Below are positions 17,308 to 26,239 of a DNA stretch of 64,000 bases, piece after piece. A program made the translations under genes and the position numbers. The notes beneath the pieces were generated by a model. It saw only the letters and a list, made by a program, of their open reading frames with translations. It did no database searches and had not been told where the DNA came from. Where the stretch lies: positions 3,408,019 through 3,472,018 of the forward strand of contig OZ241863.1 of NCBI GenBank assembly GCA_965203055.1. The letters run 5' to 3'. This stretch comes from Spirochaetia bacterium. GTDB taxonomy: Bacteria; Spirochaetota; Spirochaetia; SZUA-6; Bin103. Within the stretch, counting starts at the first letter, position 1. The number at the start of each line of letters is the position of its first letter.

Positions 17308-19667
17308 CGGCCGACGTGACGCCGGGCGCTGCGGCGCCGGGCGTCGAAACGACGGTCGTCGAGGCGCTGGCCGCGGCGCTCGCCGGCGCCGCCCGCTTCG
17401 ATCCCGATGACGTGGTGCGGCCGGCCGCGGTCCTGTGGACCGATCCCGCGGCGCAGTGGCAACCGGTCGTGCCCCACCTGCGCCGGTTCGCGCCGCACCT
17501 GCTGGCGCTCGGCGAGTACGATGCCGAGCAGCGCACCGGGCCGTCGATCTGGCTGCGCTGCGTAATCGAGCGGACCCTGGACGCGCCCCGCATCCCCGAT
17601 GCGGCGACCCCGATCCTCTATCTGCCCGGCGTGAGCCGCCAGCAACTCGGCGCGGCGCAGACCTGCCCCCGGCGCCTGCAGCCGCTGGTGGAACTGCAGT
17701 ACCGCGGCGCCTGCTGGACGCAGAAGAACGGCCGAGACTGGACGGTGGAGGCATTCCTCACCTCCCGGGCCGGCGGCCTGGGGCTGGACATGGCCCGGGA
17801 TGCCGCGACGCGGCAGGCAATGCTGCGCGCCGTGGCGGAGTTGGCGCTCGCGCCGCTGCCGGCGCTGCGCGGCCGGCGGCTGGACGCGCAGGACTTCGAC
17901 GGTCTGTTGTCGGATGATCCGATCAAGGACCTGCTGTCCTGGCTCGGCGACCCGCAGGCGATCATGACCGGCTGGGAGGCGGCGCGCCGGGACGCCTTCG
18001 CCGCGCGCTGCCGCGCGGACTTCGACTTCGATCCCGCCGGCGACGGCGAACTGGTCGCCGCCGAGCGGCTCGGCCGGCGCGACGGGCCATGGCAAGCGGT
18101 CTGGAACCGGTTCGCCGAGGCGCCGGCGCGGTATCCCGGGGTGCCGGCACTGCTGCGCCGCGCGCGGCCCGACGACCTGTTCGCGGAGCGCTCGTCGTGG
18201 CCGCAGGAGAACGAAGCGGACGAAGCGGCGCTGCGGCGCCGCCTTGCGGCCTGCGCCGGCCGCTCGCCCGCCGCCGCGCGCGCCGAGCTCCGCGCGCTCG
18301 AACAGGAGCACGGCCAACGCCGCGGCTGGGTGTGGGCCGCGCTCGGGCAGGCGCCGCTGGCGTACGCGCTGGAGCACGTGGCGCTGATCGCCGCGCGCAC
18401 CGCGGAGCAGCTCGGCGGGGCGTCGGCCGCCGAGCTGGCCCGCGGCTACGCGGCCGGCGCGTGGCAGGTCGATGCCGCCGCGCTCGCCGCGATGGAGGCG
18501 GTGAAGTCCGCCGCCGACCGAAAGGCGGTGAGCGCGGCGCTGCAGGCCGTCTATCTGCCGTGGCTGGAAGCTGCGGCGCGGCGGCTGCAGGCGCTGGCCG
18601 AGCAGGAGCCGCGCGCCCTCCGCGACCCGCCGGAGCGCTACGCCGCGCGCGACCAACCCGGTACGGCGATCCTGTTCGCCGACGGCCTGCGGTTCGACGT
18701 TGCGCAGCGGCTGGCCGCGCGCCTGCGCGCCGACGGCCGCACGGTGCGGGTGGAGACCCGCTGGGCGGCGCTGCCGACCGTGACCGCCACCGCCAAGCCG
18801 GCGGTCGCTCCGGTTGCCGAACAGATCGCCGGCGCCTCCCCGGGCGAGGAGTTCCGGCCGGCAGGCGCGGACGACGGCCGCCCGTTGACCGCCGCCCGGT
18901 TCCGCAAGCTCCTGACCGCCGCCGGCTACCGGTACCTCGCCGCGGACGAGACCGGCGACCCGGCGGGCCGCGCCTGGACCGAGCACGGCCAGCTCGACCG
19001 GCTGGGCCACTCGCTGCAGGCCGGGCTCGCCGCCGGCCTCGACGACCAGCTCGGCCTGCTGCGCGAACGCGCCGGAGCGCTGCTCGACGCCGGCTGGCGG
19101 GAAGTGCGGGTGGTGACCGATCACGGCTGGCTGTGGCTGCCCGGCGGCCTGCCCAAGGTCGAGCTGCCCCGCTACCTCACCGCCACCCGCTGGGCGCGAT
19201 GCGCGGCCATCGCCGGCGATTCGGCGGTCGAGACGCCGGTCGTGGCGTGGCATTGGAACGCCGGTGAACGGATCGCGGTGCCTCCCGGCGTCGCCTGCTT
19301 CACCGCCGGCTGTGAGTACGCGCACGGCGGGGTGAGCCTCCAGGAAAGCCTGATTCCGGTCTTGCGGGTCGCGGCCGGCGCGGGCGCCGCCCCTGCGCCC
19401 ACCGCCATTACCGCGCTATCCTGGGTAGGGCTGCGCTGCCGGGTGCGCATCGCCGCGCCGCCGCCGGGCGCGGCCGTCGACCTGCGCACGCGGGTGGCCG
19501 ACGCCGCGGCGAGCATCGACCGGGCGCGGCCGGTCGACGCGCAGGGAGCGGCGAGCCTGCTGGTGGCGGACGACGAGCTGGAAGGCGCCTCGGCCGTGGT
19601 GGTGGTGCTGGACGCCGGCGGCCGGGTCGTGGCGCGGCAATCGACCATTGTCGGGGGCGGAGATTGA
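17304..19667 (+). CDS. pglZ: BREX phosphatase/nuclease PglZ (type B-like)
   Basis: Likely GTG start at 17304, inside the 16872 ORF. PglZ alkaline-phosphatase-like motifs LFADGLRFD, LPTVTATAK, VVTDHGW and YAHGGVSLQE. Confidence 0.92.
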   Translation: MTADVTPGAAAPGVETTVVEALAAALAGAARFDPDDVVRPAAVLWTDPAAQWQPVVPHLRRFAPHLLALGEYDAEQRTGPSIWLRCVIERTLDAPRIPDAATPILYLPGVSRQQLGAAQTCPRRLQPLVELQYRGACWTQKNGRDWTVEAFLTSRAGGLGLDMARDAATRQAMLRAVAELALAPLPALRGRRLDAQDFDGLLSDDPIKDLLSWLGDPQAIMTGWEAARRDAFAARCRADFDFDPAGDGELVAAERLGRRDGPWQAVWNRFAEAPARYPGVPALLRRARPDDLFAERSSWPQENEADEAALRRRLAACAGRSPAAARAELRALEQEHGQRRGWVWAALGQAPLAYALEHVALIAARTAEQLGGASAAELARGYAAGAWQVDAAALAAMEAVKSAADRKAVSAALQAVYLPWLEAAARRLQALAEQEPRALRDPPERYAARDQPGTAILFADGLRFDVAQRLAARLRADGRTVRVETRWAALPTVTATAKPAVAPVAEQIAGASPGEEFRPAGADDGRPLTAARFRKLLTAAGYRYLAADETGDPAGRAWTEHGQLDRLGHSLQAGLAAGLDDQLGLLRERAGALLDAGWREVRVVTDHGWLWLPGGLPKVELPRYLTATRWARCAAIAGDSAVETPVVAWHWNAGERIAVPPGVACFTAGCEYAHGGVSLQESLIPVLRVAAGAGAAPAPTAITALSWVGLRCRVRIAAPPPGAAVDLRTRVADAAASIDRARPVDAQGAASLLVADDELEGASAVVVVLDAGGRVVARQSTIVGGGD

Positions 19668-21718
19668 GACTCACACTCGATGACCTGGACCGGCGCGCGG
19701 CGCAGGTGTTCGACGGGTATCTGGTACGCAAGGACCTGGTTCGCAAGTACAGCCGCCAGTATCCGGTGCCCACCTACGTCGTCGAGTTTCTGCTCGGCCG
19801 CTACTGCGCCACGACCGACGAGCGGGAGATCGAGGAGGGGCTGGAGATCGTCGAACGGCAGCTTGCCGACCGCACGGTGCGCACCGGCGAGGAGGAGCTG
19901 GTCAAGGCGCGGGCGCGCGACCGCGGCTCCATCAAGCTGATCGACCTGGTCAAGGCGCGCCTGGACGCGCGCACCGACTCGCTGCTGGCCGAGCTTCCCG
20001 CGCTGGCGATCCGGGACGCCCGCATCGACGACGATCTGGTGCGGCGGCACGAGCGCATGCTCACCGACGGCTTCTACGCCGAGGTCACCCTGAGCTACGA
20101 CGCGGCCATCGCGCAGGAGAAGAACGGACGCCCGTTCGCGATCGATGCCGTGCGCGCCATTCAGCTTTCGCACGCCGACGTCCTGGAGACCCTGCAGCGC
20201 GCCCGCCGCGAGCTCGACAGCGGCCAATGGCGGCGCCTGCTGTTGCGCAGCGTCGGTCTGGAGCCGGCCGCGCTCAGCGCGCGGGCGCAGTTGGTCGCGC
20301 TGGTGCGCATGGCGCCGTTCGTGGAGCGCAACTACAACCTGGTGGAGCTGGGGCCGCGCGGCACCGGCAAGAGCCACCTGTTCCAGCAGATCTCCCCCTA
20401 CGCCCATCTGATATCCGGGGGCAAGGCGACGGTGGCGAAGATGTTCGTCAACAACGCCACCGGCCAGCGGGGGCTGGTCTGCCAGTACGACGTGGTCTGC
20501 TTCGACGAGATTTCCGGCGTCTCCTTCGATCAGAAGGACGGCGTGAACATCCTCAAGGGGTACATGGAATCGGGCGAGTTTTCGCGCGGCAAGGAGAGCA
20601 TCCGCGCGGACGGCGGCGTGGTGATGGTCGGCAACCTCGATGCCGACGCCGCGCAGCAGCAACGCGCCGGCCACCTGTTCAGCCCGCTGTCCGCGGACCT
20701 GCGCGACGACACCGCGTTCATGGACCGCATTCACGCCTACGTGCCGGGCTGGGACTTCCCCAAGCTCGATCCGCGCGCGCACTTCACCGATCACTTCGGA
20801 CTGGTCAGCGACTTCCTGGCGGAGTGCTGGAGCCGGCTGCGCGCCGGCAGCCGCGTCCCGGCGCTGCAGGGCCGGGTGCACTTCGGCGGCGCGCTCAGCG
20901 GGCGCGACCTCACTGCGGTCAACAAGACGGTGAGCGGTCTGCTCAAGCTGCTCTACCCGGACCCGGCGATGCCGGTGCCGGACGACGAGCTGGAGGAGCT
21001 GGTGCGCATCGCCCTGGAAGTGCGCCGCCGCGTCAAGGAGCAGCAGAAGCGGGTGTTCAAGAGCGAGTTCCGCAACACCCACTTCAGTTACGCCCTGGGC
21101 GAGGCCGGGATCGAACGGTTCGTGTCCACGCCGGAGCTGGGCAGCGACGATGCCATCGACCCGGATCCGCTGCCGCCGGGTCAGGTGTGGGGCATCGGCC
21201 CCGGCGGGCCGGAGACCGGCCCGGCGCTCTACCGCATCGAGGTGACGGTCGGCCCGGGCAGCGGCGTCCGCATCCTCAACGCCCCGGTACCGCCGGCGTT
21301 CCGCGAGAGTACCCGCTACGCCGAGCAGAACCTGTACGCCCGCGCGCGCGAGCTGGTCGGCGACCGCGACCCGCGCGCCCACGAGTTTTCGGTGCAGCTC
21401 CGCGCCATGGACCACGACCGCTCCGGCGCGGCGCTCGGGCTGCCGGCGCTGCTGGCGCTGTGCGGCGCGCTGCTGGAGCAGAGCCTCAAGGGCGGCCTGA
21501 TCGTGGTCGGCGGGCTCAACCTGGGCGGATCGGTGGAACCGCTCGCCAATGCGGTCGGCGTCGTCGAAGCGGCGGTCGAGAAGGGCGCCGGCACGGTGCT
21601 GCTCCCCGTTTCGGCGCGCCGGCGCCTGTTCGACCTCTCCGACGACATGGCCACGCGCGTCAATCTGCAGTTCTACGGCGACGCGCCCGACGCCCTGTTC
21701 AAGGCCCTCCTGAAATAG
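19664..21718 (+). CDS. brxL: BREX Lon-like AAA+ protein BrxL
   Basis: VPTYVVEFLLGRYC; ERNYNLVELGPRGTGKSH; VVCFDE; KGYMESGEFSRG; DTAFMDRIH..PGW; C-terminal Lon-like domain. Overlaps the pglZ stop. Confidence 0.93.
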   Translation: MRLTLDDLDRRAAQVFDGYLVRKDLVRKYSRQYPVPTYVVEFLLGRYCATTDEREIEEGLEIVERQLADRTVRTGEEELVKARARDRGSIKLIDLVKARLDARTDSLLAELPALAIRDARIDDDLVRRHERMLTDGFYAEVTLSYDAAIAQEKNGRPFAIDAVRAIQLSHADVLETLQRARRELDSGQWRRLLLRSVGLEPAALSARAQLVALVRMAPFVERNYNLVELGPRGTGKSHLFQQISPYAHLISGGKATVAKMFVNNATGQRGLVCQYDVVCFDEISGVSFDQKDGVNILKGYMESGEFSRGKESIRADGGVVMVGNLDADAAQQQRAGHLFSPLSADLRDDTAFMDRIHAYVPGWDFPKLDPRAHFTDHFGLVSDFLAECWSRLRAGSRVPALQGRVHFGGALSGRDLTAVNKTVSGLLKLLYPDPAMPVPDDELEELVRIALEVRRRVKEQQKRVFKSEFRNTHFSYALGEAGIERFVSTPELGSDDAIDPDPLPPGQVWGIGPGGPETGPALYRIEVTVGPGSGVRILNAPVPPAFRESTRYAEQNLYARARELVGDRDPRAHEFSVQLRAMDHDRSGAALGLPALLALCGALLEQSLKGGLIVVGGLNLGGSVEPLANAVGVVEAAVEKGAGTVLLPVSARRRLFDLSDDMATRVNLQFYGDAPDALFKALLK

Positions 21719-21738
21719 ACGGGATAGTCGATGACGAT

Positions 21739-22449
21739 ATGATGATGTCTGCCGTGCGAAAGACCTGGACGTTGGTGATCCTGGCCGCCTTGCTGGCCGG
21801 TTGCAGCAACGACAGCGCCGACGTCGCCGAGGTAACCGTCGTCGCTTCCTCGGGCGCCGCGTCGATCAAGGGGGAGGTCTGGGCCGACAACTGGTTTGCC
21901 TTCTACCTGGGCGAACGCCTGATCATCGAGGACTCGACGCCGATCACGACGGAGCGCTCGTTCAATGCCGAGGCGTTAGTCTTCAACGCCGATTACCCGT
22001 TGCAACTCAATTTCGTCGCCAAGGACTTCAAGCAGGACGATACCGGTCTGGAATACATCGGCCGCCGCAACCAGCAGATGGGCGATGGCGGACTGATCGC
22101 GCAGTTTACGGATACCGCCACCGGAGCGACGGTCGCCGTCACGAATGCTTCGTGGCGATGCCTGGTGATTCACGAGGCGCCGCTCGACCGCGCCTGCGAA
22201 GGCGCGGCCGAACCGGTGGCCGGCGTCAGCCCATGCCGTTTTGCGGCGCTGGCAGAGCCGGATGGCTGGCGCCTGCCTGGATTCGACGACGCCGAATGGC
22301 CGTCAGCGGTGGAGTACAGCGCAGCCGAAGTGAGACCGAAGGATGGCTATGAGGCGATCGAATGGCGGGACGAGGCGCGGTTGATCTGGACCGCCGATCT
22401 CGAGACGCACAACACGTTGCTGTGCCGCCTCACCGTCGACCAACCCTGA
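21739..22449 (+). CDS. Putative lipoprotein with a beta-sandwich/lectin-like domain
   Basis: ATG at 21739. Signal peptide and lipobox LLAGC; motifs VWADNWFAFYLG and QQMGDGGLIAQF. The upstream part of the 20227 ORF is a shadow of brxL. Confidence 0.7.
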   Translation: MMMSAVRKTWTLVILAALLAGCSNDSADVAEVTVVASSGAASIKGEVWADNWFAFYLGERLIIEDSTPITTERSFNAEALVFNADYPLQLNFVAKDFKQDDTGLEYIGRRNQQMGDGGLIAQFTDTATGATVAVTNASWRCLVIHEAPLDRACEGAAEPVAGVSPCRFAALAEPDGWRLPGFDDAEWPSAVEYSAAEVRPKDGYEAIEWRDEARLIWTADLETHNTLLCRLTVDQP

Positions 22450-22469
22450 CGGCGGGCGGCGCCAGGGGC

Positions 22470-22907
22470 CTAGGGGGCCGAGCCCCAGCGCCAGCCGGGC
22501 AGCGCGGCGGCCTGCCGGATCCACGCCGCCATCTGCGCCTCGTCGAGCTTGCCCTCGTAGATGTCGATCCAGCGCGCGTCCTTGTCCTTGCCCGCTCCGG
22601 GCGGAACCGGCTGCAGCAACGCGCCCTGGAAGAACGTCACCTTGACGTAGCGGGTAAAGACGTGGAACGACACGAACCAGCCCTGGCCGTCGATGCCGTA
22701 GAAGGGCGAGTTCCAGCGCACCGCCTTCCGTACTTCCGGCGCATTGCGCGCGATCAGCTCGTCGAGGCGGCGCCCAAGGCCGCTCTTCCAGCCCGGCATC
22801 GCCGCGAGGTACGCCTGCACGGGAGCATCGCCGTCCCCCTTCGCAATCTGCGGGTTGCCCCCCGACAGCAGAACCGGCTCCCCACTAGGTCGACTTCGCG
22901 CGTTCAC
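22470..22907 (-). CDS. DUF1801 (YdhG-like) domain protein
   Basis: LLSGGNPQIAKGDGDAPVQAY..MPGWK..KAVRWNSPFYG..FHVFTRYVKVTFF. Confidence 0.85.
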   Translation of the reverse strand: MNARSRPSGEPVLLSGGNPQIAKGDGDAPVQAYLAAMPGWKSGLGRRLDELIARNAPEVRKAVRWNSPFYGIDGQGWFVSFHVFTRYVKVTFFQGALLQPVPPGAGKDKDARWIDIYEGKLDEAQMAAWIRQAAALPGWRWGSAP

Positions 22908-23007
22908 GGTAGTAGTCGCGTATAGTACCGAAGAACCTCGCCAGTCGGAATGCGGTGTCCGCGGTAACCGGCATCCCTTCGCGGCGGGCCGGAGCTCCGG
23001 GGCGCGG

Positions 23008-24081
23008 CTACCGGGCGCGGTGGGCGGCCATCTGGGCGGCGCAGAGGATCGCCTGCACCATGCTGGCCTCGGAGGCGCGGCCGGTGCCGGCTACGTCGAA
23101 CGCGGTACCGTGGTCCACCGACACCCGGATCACCGGAATGCCGAGCGTGACGTTGACCCCGTCGACGGCGCTCCACTCCTGCGCGGCGTTGTCCCACCGG
23201 AAGCCCACGACCTTGGCCGGAATGTGGCCCTGGTCGTGGTACATCGCCACCACCAGATCGAAGTAGCCGCCGTTCGCCTGCGGGAACAGCGTATCGGCCG
23301 GCAGCGGCCCCTCGACCGCAATGCCATCCTCCCGCGCCGCGCGTACCGCGGGCAGGATCGCGGTCGCTTCCTCGCGGCCGAACAGACCGCCGTCGCTGGC
23401 GTGGGGGTTCAGTCCCGCCACCCCGATGCGCGGCCGCGCGAAGCCGAGCATCTGTCCGGCGCCGTGCGCCAGCCGGATCACGGTCTCCACCCGCTCGCGG
23501 GTGACGCGCGCGCACGCCTCGCGCAACGCCACGTGAGTGGACACGTGCACCACCCGCAATGCCCCTGCCATCAGCAGCATGGCGTAGTCGCGGCTGCCGG
23601 TGAGATGGGCGTAGATCTCGGTCTGCCCGGCGAAGTGATGACCGGCGCGGTTCAACGCTTCCTTGTGGATCGGCGCCGTTACGGTGGCCGCGGCCGCCCC
23701 TGTCTGCGCCAGCCGCACCGCGCCGGCGATAGCGCGGTAGCCGGCGGCGCCGGCCGCCGCCGACACCTCGCCGCGGCGCAGGTCAGCCGCCGGCGGCCCG
23801 CCGCTCGCCACCACGTTGATGCGCCCTCGGTCCCATGCCGCGGCGTCCGCCGCCCCCGGCGCGCCCGCCACTGCCGCCACCGCGGCGCCGCTGCCGCAAA
23901 TCCGCGCCGCGGCCTCCAGCACCGCCGGATCGCCCACCACCAGCGGCCGGCAGACGCGCCACACCGCCTCGTGGCGCAGCGCCTTGACCGCCACTTCCGG
24001 CCCCACCCCGGCCGGGTCGCCCATCGTGATCGCCACCACCGGCAGTTCGCCGGCGCCGGTTTCAGCCCTGCTGTCGGCCAT
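23008..24081 (-). CDS. pdxA: 4-hydroxythreonine-4-phosphate dehydrogenase PdxA (or PdxA2)
   Basis: AITMGDPAGVGPE; TAPIHKE; HVSTHVAL; GLNPHA; PADT; AMYHDQGHIP; RVSVDHGTAFD. ATG at 24081. Confidence 0.93.
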   Translation of the reverse strand: MADSRAETGAGELPVVAITMGDPAGVGPEVAVKALRHEAVWRVCRPLVVGDPAVLEAAARICGSGAAVAAVAGAPGAADAAAWDRGRINVVASGGPPAADLRRGEVSAAAGAAGYRAIAGAVRLAQTGAAAATVTAPIHKEALNRAGHHFAGQTEIYAHLTGSRDYAMLLMAGALRVVHVSTHVALREACARVTRERVETVIRLAHGAGQMLGFARPRIGVAGLNPHASDGGLFGREEATAILPAVRAAREDGIAVEGPLPADTLFPQANGGYFDLVVAMYHDQGHIPAKVVGFRWDNAAQEWSAVDGVNVTLGIPVIRVSVDHGTAFDVAGTGRASEASMVQAILCAAQMAAHRAR

Positions 24082-24135
24082 CGCCGCTGACCATAGCATG
24101 CCCCCCGACCGGGCCGAACACCGTATACTTGCAGC

Positions 24136-25707
24136 GTGCGCCGGCTCCGGCATCTGTACATCTTTCACTACCACCTCCTGCCCGGGGGCGTAACCACGGT
24201 AATCCGGGACGGACTGCGCGCCATGCTGGGCCATGCCGCGTTGTTCCCCGACCTGCGCCGCATCACGGTGGTCACCGCGGGGCAAGCGCAAGGCGCGCTG
24301 CCGCAGGCGGACGCCGGCGACGCGCGGCTGCCGCAGGTCGCCCACGAGCGCCTCGACGCGGTTGGCTACGACGCCGCGCCATCCACCGCGGACGACCAGC
24401 AGCGACTCGCGGCCCTGCTCCGGGAGCGCTATGGGGACGGCGTGTGGTGGGTGCACAACCACCACCTGGCCAAGAACACCCGCTTCACCGGCGCGGTGCT
24501 GGCGGCCGCCGCGGCCGGCCAACCGATGCTCCTGCAGATCCACGACTTTCCCGAGTGCGCGCGGCCCGACAACCTGCGGCGCCTGCTGCAGGAAGTTCCG
24601 GCTTCGCCCTACCCCGGCGGCGGCAACGTGCGCTACGCGGTATTGAATCGCCGCGATCAGGCCGCCTTGACCGCCGGCGGACTGCCTGCCGGACGCGTCA
24701 CGCTGTTGGCCAATCCGGTGCGGCCGGCGCCGCCGCTGCCGGAACCGGACGCGCCGCCGGCGCGGGCCGCCCGCGCCGCGCTGGCCCGCGCCGCCGCGGC
24801 GCAGCCGGCAATCGGCATCGGCAGCTACACCTCCCGGCGCCCGCTGTGGCTCTATCCGGTGCGGGTGCGGCGGCGCAAGAACGTGTTGGAGGCAGGGCTG
24901 CTGGCGCGCTTGGCGGACGCCGAACTGATCGTCACCCTGCCCGCCTCCTCCGCCGCCGAACAGCCCTACTCGCGGCAGGTGGCGGAACTGTTCGCCGGCG
25001 GCGCCATTCCGGGCCTGTTCGGCGTCGGCGAGCGACTGGATCAGCACGGCCTGAGCTTCGACCGGCTGCTGGCCGCGGCGCAGCGCATCGTCTCACCGTC
25101 GGTGGAAGAAGGATTCGGGTTTCAGTTCGTCAACGCCCTGCAATGGCGGCGGCCGCTGCTGGCCCGGCGCCTGCCGGTGCTCGACGACCTCGCCGAGCTG
25201 CTCGCCGGCTATCCCGCAACCGTGTACGAGGAGGTGCGCTGCCCGCTGCCGGGCGCCGCCCGCCGCGCGCTGCTGGAGGCGTACCGTCCGAGGATCGCGC
25301 GCGCCGCCGGTCTGCTGGCGGCCGGCTGGGAGGAGCGGCTGCATGCCGAGTTGGAGACGATCCTGGGGCGGGACAGCGTGGACTTCTCGTTCCTCGGCCT
25401 GCGCTGGCAGGTAGACCTCCTGCGCCGCGCCGGCGACCGCGGCGTGCGGCGCGAGCTGGAACAGGCCAACGCGCCGCTGCTGGCGGCGCTGCGGGCCGCG
25501 CCGGAACCGGCGCCGGCCCGCGACCGGCGCATCGACGAGCTGTACGGCGCCGCGGCGTTCGCCGGCCGCGCGGCCGCCGCTCTGAGCCCGCTGCCGGCGC
25601 CCGCCGCGGACGCGGTGTCCACGGCGGACGCCGCAGCCGGGGACCCCGCGGCTGTACGCCGGTTCTTCGCCGGTCCCGCGATGCTGCGCCTGCTGATGCA
25701 GAGCTGA
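24136..25707 (+). CDS. GT-B (GT4-like) glycosyltransferase
   Basis: IFHYHLLPGGVTTVI; WVHNHHLAKN; QIHDFPE; YPVRVRRRKN; SPSVEEGFGFQF. Confidence 0.7.
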   Translation: MRRLRHLYIFHYHLLPGGVTTVIRDGLRAMLGHAALFPDLRRITVVTAGQAQGALPQADAGDARLPQVAHERLDAVGYDAAPSTADDQQRLAALLRERYGDGVWWVHNHHLAKNTRFTGAVLAAAAAGQPMLLQIHDFPECARPDNLRRLLQEVPASPYPGGGNVRYAVLNRRDQAALTAGGLPAGRVTLLANPVRPAPPLPEPDAPPARAARAALARAAAAQPAIGIGSYTSRRPLWLYPVRVRRRKNVLEAGLLARLADAELIVTLPASSAAEQPYSRQVAELFAGGAIPGLFGVGERLDQHGLSFDRLLAAAQRIVSPSVEEGFGFQFVNALQWRRPLLARRLPVLDDLAELLAGYPATVYEEVRCPLPGAARRALLEAYRPRIARAAGLLAAGWEERLHAELETILGRDSVDFSFLGLRWQVDLLRRAGDRGVRRELEQANAPLLAALRAAPEPAPARDRRIDELYGAAAFAGRAAAALSPLPAPAADAVSTADAAAGDPAAVRRFFAGPAMLRLLMQS

Positions 25708-25720
25708 GCCGGCGCCTGCG

Positions 25721-26239
25721 ATGTTGGACGCTCTGGCCCGGATACTGCCGTTCCTGTTGATCGCCGTGCTGGTCGTAAACCTGCTGCAGCGCGGCCTCAC
25801 CAAACCGGATCAGGCGGACCGGCCGGCCCGCGCCGCCGCCCACCCGCGCTCCGGCGCCGCGCCGCGCCCGAGGGCCGCGCCGCGGGCGGCCACGCTGATC
25901 CTGGCCGGGTTGGTCCTCGCTGCCTGGGCGGCGGTTCTGCTCCTGCAGCGCTTGGACGCGCCGGACTGGACCGCGCTCGCGCTGGCGGCGGCGGCCGGCG
26001 GCGCCGCGTTCGGGCTGCGCGCCCGCCTCAAGGCGTTTCCACTGCGCTGCCGGCAATGCGGCCGGCGCCTGCCCCCGGGCATTACGCTCGGCATCGACGC
26101 CGCGGCGGCGGCGCGCTACGAGGCCGGCGCCTGTCCCGCGCCCGACTGCGCCGCGGCGGGCGGCGGCCCGGCCCCGCGCGGCCCGGCGGCGAATCCCGAC
26201 GCCGCGGCGCATAACCGCTCCGCGGCGCGCGACCAGTAG
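25721..26239 (+). CDS. Hypothetical membrane protein with a C-terminal Cys-pair (zinc ribbon-like) motif
   Basis: Three hydrophobic segments followed by CRQC...CPAPDC. The 3' end overlaps the convergent gene. Confidence 0.5.
   Translation: MLDALARILPFLLIAVLVVNLLQRGLTKPDQADRPARAAAHPRSGAAPRPRAAPRAATLILAGLVLAAWAAVLLLQRLDAPDWTALALAAAAGGAAFGLRARLKAFPLRCRQCGRRLPPGITLGIDAAAAARYEAGACPAPDCAAAGGGPAPRGPAANPDAAAHNRSAARDQ

Noticed and set aside
21200-21718. BrxL lacking the Lon Ser-Lys catalytic context, as a novelty
   Set aside because: A degenerate Lon-like domain is already known for BrxL proteins.
20227-21738. N-terminal ~500 aa of the 740-aa ORF, suggesting a fusion
   Set aside because: Off-frame overlap with brxL; the real gene starts at 21739 with a signal peptide.
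1-22500. Mobile element (IS, integrase, prophage) carrying the defence island
   Set aside because: No transposase, integrase, terminal inverted repeats or att-like duplications were seen; the left boundary is outside the window.
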